Positions 48,544 to 59,732 of a stretch of DNA of 64,000 nucleotides are shown piece by piece. Below the pieces are notes generated by a model. That model had not been told where the DNA came from. It did not search any database and saw nothing but the letters and a program-made list of their open reading frames with translations. The translations under genes were made by a program, and so were the position numbers. The stretch's first letter is position 1. Each line of letters starts with the position of its first letter. This DNA is from Balanoglossus misakiensis (taxonomy: Eukaryota; Animalia; Hemichordata): positions 6,192,699 to 6,256,698 of the forward strand of contig CM082581.2 in assembly GCA_040954595.2 (NCBI GenBank). The letters run 5' to 3'.

Positions 48544-50221
48544 CAGTTTTTCCTGTCGATGTCGCTAACGACTGAACTTAGATCCACATCACTCACTGCT
48601 GGCGAGGACCACCTACCTGGCAAACATCTTCTCAGAGGGTGGTCCAGACCACCTTCTATTTTGTCCTTTCTTTTCTTGCAGGTTTCTCGGAAGCGAGCGC
48701 TATATTTGTGCTGTTCGGCAACGGGTTGATTATAGCATTGCTTCTGCAGTCATCCATTTGGACAGGTAAGCAAGCATACATGCATGCACGATTTTACTTT
48801 TGTAGGAAAAAAAGTTGTCTCAGCTTTGGAAAGACGTCCAATCTGATACAAGTGAAGAGAATTGCATGGTTCTGTAGAAAGATGATATGATGGCTCCCCT
48901 GAAAGATTTCGCGCTATTGGTCAACTACCAACCCATCTCCTCCTGGCTCGTTGAGGCATTCACCCTTTTCCATGCAATGAATAGGTACATAGAAGATGAT
49001 GTTGAAGGAGACAATGATAAATAATGCCAACATGATGTATTGTTTTACCAATTGTAAACAGGTTCTGCAACTGAAGCACACGACCACCCCCATGAACATG
49101 CGAACACCGAATCGACTATGACGGATGATGCGAACCACAGCATTTCTGTTTCCAGTGGAAACGCTATGGGTGTCATGACAACACAGATGACAAAACATGC
49201 AGGTAGGCTAAACATTAATTTTATATCCCCACACAAGGGTTTCGTAATTAGGCCGGCCCAGTCGGGTACCGCCCACCAGTACCCACGGCATATGCATACT
49301 AAAGTAATATGTAGTGAGTCGTACATGTTAGCCTGTACATGTATCTGCAGAGGGGTCCTTTGAATATTACAGGCACGGAAAATCACGAAATTGGAAAAAA
49401 GATGTAGTTCCTTTTCCATTTGTTTGCAATCTGATTAGAGGTCTTGCTCAACAGTGGGTCAAATATTTTGTTTCCATTAGAATTAGCAAAGGTAAAGACG
49501 GCGCCCAACACTACATCTTATTTTAACCAGATTGCCTTTGTTTTCTCCCAGGTGTAACTTTGGCATCGATCAGCGTACACGCATTGAAGATCGTCGAACC
49601 GGACGATAGAGTCATGCGCGTCGGCGGAGGCCAGGCGGTCGGCATCACGATCACCGTGTCCAGCCGGAACAGCTCGGATCCCATCGCGGGAAACGACAAC
49701 TGGGCGATCCATGCCTACGTCGCATCCACCAACACGGGGGAAGCGGTCGGCCATCATGTGCAGGCCGAACTCAGCTCAGCTCAGCAAGGGCTCGACTTGA
49801 TGCCGGGTCACCACGTCACTTTCGCCGACCTGGCGATCACTTTGGACTTGTCGGACGCCAGTTGCGACGCGGTCAAGTACTTGTGTGCCAGGGTGCATCC
49901 TAGCCCGCTGGCCGACTGGGAGGCGATCGATGCCAAAGGTGGAGACACCACAAGTTGTCAATCTGTTCACTGTTCTGGTAGGCGACATTTGTTTTACTTC
50001 GCCTTTTGCTTTGTTTTCAGTGAGTGCAGAGAAAATATTACGGGCTTTCAATTATTTTATGGAATACGTAGTAATGATTAAAACATATCACGAACTGTTT
50101 TTCTTTTCTTTCTTTTTTTTCTGCAGGGGGTGCTAACAGTGGTTTGCCCAAGAGCACGTCTAGGATGTCAACCTTCCTTATCTTGATTTTACTGATCCAC
50201 CAAGTCATAACGCCATTTTAA
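48388..50221 (+). CDS. Uncharacterised secreted, probably GPI-anchored protein, about 250 aa, 5 exons
   Basis: Exons 48388-48394, 48682-48765, 49062-49202, 49552-49977, 50127-50221, all joined by phase-1 GT-AG introns (753 nt). Signal-peptide-like N-terminus (AIFVLFGNGLIIALLLQ), His/Thr-rich linker, a one-exon beta-rich domain with 4 Cys, and a small-residue site plus hydrophobic tail (TFLILILLIHQVITPF-stop). The 7-nt first exon is the least certain part. Confidence 0.78.
48472..48541. repeat. (CT)n microsatellite
   Basis: About 35 CT units seen directly, in intron 1 of the secreted-protein gene. Confidence 0.97.
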
Positions 50222-51380
50222 TTGGTTCAATTCGTTCAATGAGATATTGCTGTGGCGCATGTTCGTGCACGACCGTTTTCTTTTCCTTAGTTTCGTTTTG
50301 AGTTGTTTCATGTCTGTCATGTATCGGCACGATTACCCCAGTACATTTTTCACCTGATGGTTTCAAACATTACACCTATGTCACTGTGACATCAATATAA
50401 TATATGTATGTACCAATGTACGTATGAGGCCATCAGCCTCATAATGTCAAGTTTAGATCTCCCTGAATATAACTTTAAAGTTAATCAGCAATAAACCGAT
50501 GGAGGAAAGAGAACCATACTCACAACATTTGAATCTGGTTTCAATTTTTTGTGAAGGTTTGGGATGGGTGGGTGGATGATTAGTATGTGGTCGGTTGCAT
50601 TTGGATGGGTGGATGTGTCAGGAGAAAACTTAAAGAAACATTAGCTGTAACTTTCGACTTTATTTTCAGTATCTTTGTTCTGTGTATAGGCCTACCACTT
50701 TGCTGTTCTACTCCAAACAGCATGCCCATATACACAGTCTTCGCTTGTCAACATAGCATGTATGTATGTAACGGCTATCGTTATAAACGAATTCTAGCCC
50801 AACCCCAATTCAAATTTTGCTTTGAACAAGAAACTGCGGTAGATACACACAACGAAAACACTGAAATCAAAGCGGAAAGTTACGTCTATGTTTCTTTTGC
50901 GCAACGTCACATAATTACGTCGTTAAATGTTTCATGATTCATTCTGATCGATACACGAATATCGTCTGAATTTCGTCTATTCTCAGGTGGTTAAAGGTGA
51001 ACATGGGACAGGGAAAGGGGCCGTAAAACTTTAAACATTATTTCATTATTTTTTATTTTCAAGCCTGTAAATATTCAGATGAGCGACCATTGTTGATCAT
51101 CGAACACGGCGAGAACGTAATGTTCTTCGGCGCGCATTCGTGACGTGGTTGACACTGATTGGCCAACTTACATGTACTCAAACCATAGCAACCATCGAAT
51201 GATACACTGCATGTTACTATAGAGACTTGGGGCAAAACACTCACTTCTCCGGTGTCGCTTCAAGTGTAAGCATCGTAGACGACGTCGCTCCTGACGAATT
51301 TGTTCGAAAACTACATAAAATTGTAATTTCTTTACGCGAATGGCGAGAAACGCATATATTTCAGACAACCCATTGTAAGA

Positions 51381-54300
51381 ATGCCTGGGTAAGTTTAATT
51401 TTTTTCCGAAATGTTCCTGTAAGTCAAAATTTTTATCGCGAATTTTTCGTCCGGCGAAAAGATGACCCCTGTCTTCCATAAGCCTCCTGTCAAGAGAATG
51501 GCGAAAGAAAATCGACCGATGATGATACACGATATTCGTGAACACCTGTGGGTTTTATTGTTATGATTGTTTAAACAATGTATTGTTATTTTTTTATCAA
51601 TCACTTATGAAAATGTTCCGAATGCATAGAAAAACTGAAATGTCATCGGGCGGGCATAGGCAAAGTTAGATAGTTTGTCGAAACGAGACGTCGGCATGGC
51701 AAGGCATGACGTCAGCATCGAAGCATCGAACATCATCGATGTCTCGCGATCGTGGCGAAGTCGTGACGGTGGCTCGTGACGAGCGTTCTGCGCGTCCGTC
51801 GAGTCACGTGCCGCGTCTTAAGAGTTCTTATCGCGTATTTCACGCGCAACGAAACGCATTCTAATTTTCTGCGGATATTTATGTACATGATATAGAAGCT
51901 TTCAAAGGTGACCATCACACTAAAACGTTATGTAAATAGGCATTGGCGTTTGTTTTGACAACTGAATAATTGAATTTTCAATCCACAGTGTTTTTAGCAG
52001 AATTCGGAAGCGCTTTCGGCGACTTTGTTGCTGTGTTGCTTCCGTGGAAGCTGACGATGGCAAGGATGAAGAAAAGGTCAGATATCATTATTAGCACTTG
52101 TTGTCTTTAGAAACCGTATAGTAACTTCAAAAATGTGAGAAACAGCAAAGACAACTTCGTTCCAACAAAATTAAGTGTAATTTAATTTTACAAGAATCGT
52201 ATATTAAATGGGGTCGAGAAATTACGTGAATGAAAGACACAGGTTAAAGTGAAGTGTAACGAAGCATGATTTCATATAAAACGCCTAATATTGATCGACG
52301 TAAGCCTCTCTATACTGCCAAGATGAACATTGTCGACTTTCTCCAATAATGAAATGATGTCATCAGTCCTGGTATAAAGTCTAATTTATACTGATAACGT
52401 CCCTTTTCCGAAATACATTTACGAGTTATGTCATTCCATTTAGGCTGAAGGCCAGCCTGAGGTTGAGAAAGGTGACGAAGAGGTAGTATCGACTGTTGCC
52501 GAACTAAATGACGTCACTATTAGTGAGGCTCAAGAAGAGGGTAAGATATTACAAATTTCGATTCAGTGTTACTGGACAGGGACATAGAAACAAATACTTT
52601 CCTGTAAACTGCGACAGAATATACAAATTTGATCGTCGAATCATTCAAACATTTATAATTAATGTGACTGGTGATGGAAAACGTTTCATTTAAACAAATC
52701 AATTTTCCGTAGAAACGAAGAATGAGGAAAAAAGTGGTGCTGTCGTTGTTCTGTGTGAAGAGCGCCAGAAGGTCTGCGACGACCTTATGACTCTGGATTC
52801 AAAAAATGATGAAAAGGTAATGTGATAATTGAATACGTCAAGATGAACATTGTCGACTTTATCCAATAATGAAATGATGTCATCAGTCGAGGTATAAAGT
52901 CTAATTTATACTGATAACTTCCCCCCTTTCCCGGAATACATTTACGAGTTACGTCATTCCATTCAGGTGGAAGGACAGGAAGAGAACGGTAGTGATGAAG
53001 AAACATCGACTATGTCCGAACAAAATGATGTCACTATCAGTGAGACTCAAGAAAGGGGTAAGACATCACAAATTTCGATTCGATGTCACTGAACAGGGAG
53101 AGAGAAGCAAAGACTTTCCTGTCAAGTGCAACAGAATAAACAAATTCGATCGTCGAATCATTAAAACATATTATAATTAATGTGACTGGTGATGGAAAAC
53201 TTTTCAATTAACAAATCAATTTTCCGTAGAATCGAAGACTGAGGAAAAAAGTGGTGCTGTCGTTGTTCTGTGTGAAGAGCGCCAGAAGGTCTGCGACGAC
53301 CTTATGACTCTGGATTCAAAAAATGATGAAAAGGTAATATGATAATTGAATACATTAAAGTGATTCTTGTTATCTTCAATCAATCATTTTGTGTACACTG
53401 TCATTGAAACAAGACCTGCAGCAGCAAACTTTTACGGATATGTGAACAAAACGTCAAAATCAGTGTACCAACTTTGTCATCTAACATTGATCGACGCTTT
53501 TATTTTGTCATTATTTGCTCGCTTGTAAGTCCCATGTCTCCTGTCAAGATGAACATTGTCGACTTTCTCCAATCATGAAATGATGTCATCAGTCCAGGTA
53601 TAAAGCCTTATTTATACTGATAACTCCCCTTTTCCGAAATACGTTTACGAGTTATGTCATTCCCTTTAGGCTGAAGGCCAGCCTGAGGTTGAGAAAGGTG
53701 ACAAAGAAGTTGTATCGACTGATACCAAACTAAATGACGTCACTATCAGTGAGGCTCAAGAAAAGGGTAAGATATCACAAATTTCGATTCAGTGTCACCG
53801 AAAAGGGACATAGAAACAAAGACTTTCCTGTCCACTGCAACAGAATATACAAATTCGGTCGTCAAATCATTCAAACGTACATAATTAATGTGACTTGTGA
53901 TGGAAAACTTTTCATTTAACAAATCAATTTTCAGTAGAATCGAAGACTGAGGAAAAAAGTGGTGCTGTCGTGTGTGTTGAGCGCCAGAAAGTCTTCGATG
54001 ATCTGAAGGAAATGGATGGAGTGGTGGAGTGTCAGAGAGAGCAGGAAGTTCCTGTTGTGGTACAAGATGTACCACATGAAGAAGTTATCGCTGTCAAAAG
54101 GTGCGCTGTGTTTAATCTCTTTGGAAAGTAGTGTATGTGGTATAGAAAAAAACCTCAAAACTGATGAATGTTTTACCCAACAGCAGCAACAAAAACCAAC
54201 GACAATGACAACAATGGTAATAGTATCACAAGTACATATACATGGTTTATTGACAAGCAGGAGACTTTGCATTCAAAATGATTGTCCTAACACAACGTAC

Positions 54301-57300
54301 TTTTCATATATATTTCAGCCCTCTAGAACTGAAGCAAGACGGAGCTGAGAGTGTAACTGAGGAAAAAATCCCCTCCAGTGACCAAGAAAAGGGTAAGTTA
54401 TCACAAATATCGATTCAATGTCACTGAACAGGGAGATAGAAGCAAAGACTTTCCTGTCAACTGCAACAGAATATACAAATTCGATCGTCAAACCATTCAA
54501 ACATATATAATTAATATGACTGGTGACGGAAAACTTTTCATTTAACAAAACAATTTTCCGTAGAATCGAAGACTGAGGGGGAAAGTGGTGCTGTCGTGAG
54601 TGCTGAGCGACAGAAGGTCTGTGATGATCTGAAGGAAATGGATGCTGAGGTCGAAGTTCAGGAAGCTTTGTCGGATCCCATGGAAAGGTGAATATTGTTC
54701 TAATGTTAACTTAAACCGTTTGTATAACTGTGAAAGAGGTTTTCAGTGCAATCAATTCTATTATGATTAAAATGATTAGAATTAAATTTCTTTGTTCTTG
54801 TCCAAATGCATTAAAGCTATCTGGAAGTGAAACAAAAGGATGAAACTGGGGCAGAAGAAACACAAGTTTCAAATAGTTCAGAAAAAGGTGAGACACTCAA
54901 TAATCTTGATTTAATTGATCTAATAGTAAAAAGCTATAACTTATTATAGGTGTATTTAATTTTTTTAATTAACTTAGTGTACCAACATTTCCCCTACAGG
55001 CAGCAAAAGAGTGAGGGGGCGAAACGGCCTGGGAGAAATGTGCAAGGAACGACAGAATGTGAGAAGAGACCTTGGCAAACTGAAAGGCGAGACCGCCAGA
55101 AAGGTAACAATTCTGAGTGCGTTTGTATGTTTGTTTGTCTGTTTGTTTGTTTGCCTGTCTGTCTGTTTGTTTGTTTGTTTGTTTGTTTGTTTGTTTGTTT
55201 CCCTATATGTACGTGCGCATGCACCCACGTTCACAAATCGGCCATGGTTTGCAGAGATATTCTGAATAATTTAACAAAACCTATACAGACAACACTAAAT
55301 CTTTCGACTGTAAGGGAGTACAGAAGAACTGGCAAATAGTGTGATTGTGAGACCATGTCAACAAAACAGTACGTCACTCGACATAACCCGTGAATAACTT
55401 GATGTTTGTGTTTCATCGTCTTGTCCATGTGTTATTACAGAGAAACAAATTAATGGAATTGAGGAAGAGGAGGGAGGCGCGCGCAGAGAGTCTTTCCTCT
55501 GTAGTGACGGGAGCAGCCGCTGATAAGGCTGAAGGAAGGGAAATAGTCGGAGCGTCAGCGTTGAAAGACATGTCCGGAGACACTGCCTTTGTGACTGTAA
55601 GTTGAGTTTCATTGGTTTCTATGCAAATAATTTCTTGAGCGCCATCTATATGCGCACGATATAATGTATATATGTTTCTCTCTCTAAAGTTTTCTATATA
55701 AAGCAGAATCAATGGTTTTTTGTTTGTTGGCCGAATATCACCCTCAAAGTAGTTCGTTACATAACTATAACATGCACATGATTGTGGTATTGTAGATTGG
55801 TTTACTATATTGCCGAATAGGTGCATAACTTTAACGTAGTGTCCATGCAATTTCTCGAAGCTCTCAATGTATATACTAGTAATGCATACCCATAACACAA
55901 ACGCTAAAATTTCAATGTTCTGCGCAATGGGTTTACTGTGAAAGGGTCACACAACTCAATTTTAATGTCTGTGCCAAACTACAGAAAACCGTTGCTGTCA
56001 CACAGCAAACTGAGAAGAAAATGGATCCCATCGCTGGCATGGAAGACAGCAGGGGAAAAGGAGAAGAGGCAGGTGGAATGGCGGGATTGTGTGCCAGGTA
56101 AGTAGTTTCTTCTATCGCTCGGTTGAGAGAGTACGAGAGTTGGAGCATTCGAACGAACAATGCCATTTCCATTCAATTATGTCGACCGATCCTACACGAC
56201 AATATGATGAGTCGGTTATGTCAACTTGGGGCGGAGGACAATTTTTTTTTCAATCATAGTCTGGTCCCCTGCCCCACTTGCGATAAAACTTCCTGTGCCG
56301 ACCAATATCTAGTTTGGTTTCTGTCGGTAGAATACGGACAGGGCACCAGACTAGACTGCATACATGAATTTTTCTGAGTTTTAACTCTTCGAAAATTCTG
56401 TTTTTATGCACAGCAGTCTTTCCGGTTCTGACCATGATGGCGATAATGGGACAGTGGCCCTGAATGACAAGGAAATTCTCAGCTCACGAATCTTGGGTAA
56501 GGAATGATCACTATAGATATATAACCAACCTGCACATCTGTACTGGTTATCGCGCCGTTGTGATTATAGGAAACCATGGAGACAGACCAACTCCACCTAC
56601 AGCGTGTGAATAAATTACATTAAATGATAACATTGCCGCGAATACAGGCAAAATACAAACATAGGTTAGATAAACTTACGAACGAACTCTTATGTAGGGA
56701 TCATTTTGTGAAAGTGAATTGAACTTGTTATTGTAGACATCACAGAGGACCAAATAACAATCATAAAAGAGCTAGGTGAGGGCAACTTTGCCAACGTCTT
56801 CCTCGCGAAGATAACAGTCGAGGAAAAATGCTCCGATGTAGCAATGAAAATTCCTAAAGAAAATGCCAGTATTGATGAGGAAAGGTTGAGGGCAATGGTT
56901 GAGAATGAGCTTGAGATTATGACGTAAGTATTAGTATAATGAAAGCAGAGTAGGCTTAAGTCTAACATTAGTGGGGTGTGGGAGGGGGGTAGTACCATTG
57001 ATAGGCTCAGTAGGCTTCAAACCATGACAGCAGTACTAAAATTACAGAACATCAATTGTTCAAACAAGCGTACCGGTATTAACAAATCTGCTTTGTAACA
57101 TGTACTGTACACGTGGACAGCCATCTCCTAACGCGAACTCACGAACATAAAATGATTTTCATGAAAACCCAACTACAACGCAGGCATAACTATTTAATTG
57201 CACAATGTACGTGTTGACACTGGAATCTCGTGAAAGGAAGATGTTCCCACTCTCTAGCAGTCTGTCACGAACTGCGGAGTTTTTATGCTCGATGATACAT

Positions 57301-59088
57301 CGTACATGTTCCTCGATTTTATGTACACTCACAGAAATGATTGAATTAATGCATTCTGTAAACCACTACTGATAAAATATAAGCGTGCTGACGCCCCCTA
57401 CGCCTTGGCAGTGTCAAACTTGATTGGCATTATTTCTGACAAATTAAAAAAGGAGTAAATTGTTTTCTACTTACACGTGACGCTTGACAGTACAAAGGTA
57501 TATATTATTAAGAAACCGAAGCAGTTCAACATGTTTTTGTTGCTTAATGTCTCGTTCACCTAACACAAAAAATAACCCCCTCCCCTTCATTTTTTTGTTC
57601 AGTGAAATTTTCAACAAGGGACGTCACGACAACGTCTTGACTCTGTTTGGCGCCAGTGGTACAAAAGGTGGAATACCGGCTCTGGCTTTAGAGTACGTTG
57701 ACGGTGTGGACTTGGAGAAATATGTGTATGCTCATCAAAATGTAAGTACATGTATGTTGTGTATATTGCCAAACAAATACCAGAATTGGATGAAATTAGT
57801 GAAAGACTTTTTTTCTGTGTTTTAACGTGTTAATTAAATGTGTTGTTTGCAGCGTTGAATCTATTCCTGGCAATCTGAATGACCTTATCTTTTTAAAGGA
57901 ACAGAGTCTCTCGGTGCCCCTTTTCGCATTAATTGTGTTTGATACAATACATCGTTTATGTTAATATACATGTGTATAACGTGTATAATGTGGTGAATGA
58001 ACGTTCAACCACACACAACTTCCATCCCGCTTCTATGATATGAGAGTAAAAAATCGCCCGAAATGAATAAATGGTAGGGACGATTATTCATTTTGGTGAG
58101 ATTTTTCACTCTCGTGTCTAAAGCGGGATGGAAGGTGCGTGTGGTTGAGCATTGATTCACTATATATCAACATGTAGAATAACATAAACGGTGTATTGAA
58201 CCAAACATAATTAATGGAAAAAGAGCAGCGAGAGAGAGACTCTGTCCCTTTAAAGGGACATATTCAGTTCTTATCCAATGCTGAGTATTTGTTATAATCA
58301 TGTGATGTCTAAACGCATGATTTACACATGTAATTTTTATGATTTCCATGTTTTGTCTTCTTGCAGATGACCATGCCTGAAAAACTAAAGATGATGATAC
58401 AAATGGTCAGGGGACTTGCCCACCTCCACGCCAACGGAATTGTCCACAACGACGTTAAATTGTCGAATGTCTTGGTACGTCCAAACCAACTAGATACTTA
58501 AGTTATTGTTAAAACCCTTTCACCACTTTTTCCATGTGTGGATGCCCATCGTTACCTAACCATAAACATAATTTGGTTTAGACTATGGTTAAATAGATGG
58601 AAGCTCTGAGAACAGCTCTGTGTATCAATCGATATATTTACTTTTGCCGTTACAAGTAAAAAAATATTTCCTTTTTATCCTTTTAATTGCAGATCAGCGT
58701 TCCTGGTTTGCAAATTAAAATATCCGACTTTAGCGTCAGTTCAAGAGCCTCCTCCCCCAAATATCCCGGGGGAGGTACTGTATTGTACATGGCCCCGGAG
58801 GTCCTGGCCTCCAAACCGCCCACCAGCTTCGCCAAGGACATCTGGGCACTTGGCTGCAGCATGGCCGAGATGGCCACCCTTGAGCCACCCTTCATTTATT
58901 CAAATCTAGATCTGGTAGTGACAATCACCAGGCGCCGCGTGGCTCAAGGGGAGGCCATCGTGCCCCAAAACATCAGGGTGCTACAGGCGGGTCCATTCCG
59001 GGATCTGTGCGCCGCCTGTTGTTATATGGACCCGCCTGGCCGGCCAAGTGCCCAGGAGGTCGTCTCCAGACTGACACAAATCAAGTGA
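51381..59088 (+). CDS. Atypical Ser/Thr-type protein kinase (about 768 aa, 19 exons) with a long acidic repetitive N-terminal region
   Basis: Exons 51381-51388, 51989-52076, 52444-52540, 52713-52816, 52967-53057, 53230-53333, 53670-53766, 53938-54100, 54319-54392, 54564-54687, 54817-54887, 55000-55103, 55441-55596, 55985-56097, 56414-56496, 56737-56923, 57603-57741, 58367-58474, 58693-59088; all GT-AG and frame-consistent (2307 nt). Kinase motifs: LGEGNFANV, VAMK, ENELEIM, LEYVDG, IVHNDVKLSNVL, IKISDFS, GTVLYMAPE, DIWALGC, RPSA. The kinase domain is secure; exon 1 and the N-terminal exon chain are inferred. Confidence 0.82.
52319..54687 (+). repeat. Tandem duplication of an intron-exon-intron-exon unit (about 520 bp; 3 full copies plus a partial one) inside the kinase gene
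   Basis: CAAGATGAACATTGTCGACTTT recurs at about 52319, 52838 and 53545. The intron block ...CAAATTTCGATTC...TAATGTGACTGGTGATGGAAAA...TTTTCCGTAG recurs four times. Exons 52713-52816 and 53230-53333 differ at only about 2 positions. Confidence 0.92.
55121..55200. repeat. (GTTT)n / (GTCT)n microsatellite
   Basis: Seen directly, in a kinase intron. Confidence 0.93.
56257..56353. mobile_element. Very short MITE-like element
   Basis: 15-bp terminal inverted repeat TAGTCTGGTCCCCTG / CAGGGCACCAGACTA (1 mismatch). No clear TSD. Confidence 0.45.
57991..58161. repeat. Degenerate long inverted repeat (old palindromic MITE)
   Basis: About 78-bp arms (57991-58069 vs 58084-58161) sharing GTGAAT..TCAACCACAC..CTTCCATCCCGCTT..GAGAGT.AAAAATC..AAATGAATAA, with scattered mismatches. 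Confidence 0.75.
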
Positions 59089-59732
59089 AAGACCCTTGGT
59101 GTTGCCAAGTTGCCACCTTACCACGCGCAACTTTTATTTCTTTCCTTTTTTTATTATGTATATACTCATTATGTTACTCACCATTAAATAATTAAACTTC
59201 AATCATATTTTGTCGTTTATTTTTCTTCATATAAGTTAAAGTTAAAATGCAACATAAGTCTGCTGGAAGGTATCGCTTTTCAGTATCACATTATTATGAA
59301 ACCAATACATGAGAGGACATATGCGAATTATTCAAGTTAGTCTTCTTTATCTCGATAGAATTCTGAACTGTTATCGAGATCCCAGACAAGACAATCACTA
59401 GTAAGACACGAGGTTTCTAAATTGTAAGCACATACCATATTTATTTCAAGTTTGTCTTACATTAAAAGATACACGCCCCCTCTAGGCAAATTTAGCCACA
59501 GTTACCATGGTAAGTTGAAATCTAGCGAATGCCAAATTTTCGCGGGGTGGTCAAGCGAAAGGAGTGCGCCACCAAGAGGTCATTCCAATATTTACACACC
59601 TTTTAAAACCACATATGGGCATATGTAAATTAAGGGTGACTTTACACAGTGTTGGTCGCATGCACACAAAATACATCTTAGTTCCGAATTTGCGAACATC
59701 TCAGAAATATCGTCACCAGTTTCAATTTAAAT

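Noticed and set aside
48104-48729. ERERER / LSLSLS ORFs and nearby short ORFs
   Set aside because: Products of the (CT)n microsatellite or chance ORFs in UTR and intergenic DNA.
52508-53919. Repeated 61-62 aa ORFs MTSL.VRLKKRVRY.KFRF
   Set aside because: Out-of-frame read-through from duplicated kinase exons into duplicated introns; not a small-peptide gene family.
52319-54687. Possible CRISPR-like or satellite array
   Set aside because: Units are about 520 bp, carry splice sites and in-frame exons, have no unique spacers, and lie in a eukaryotic gene.
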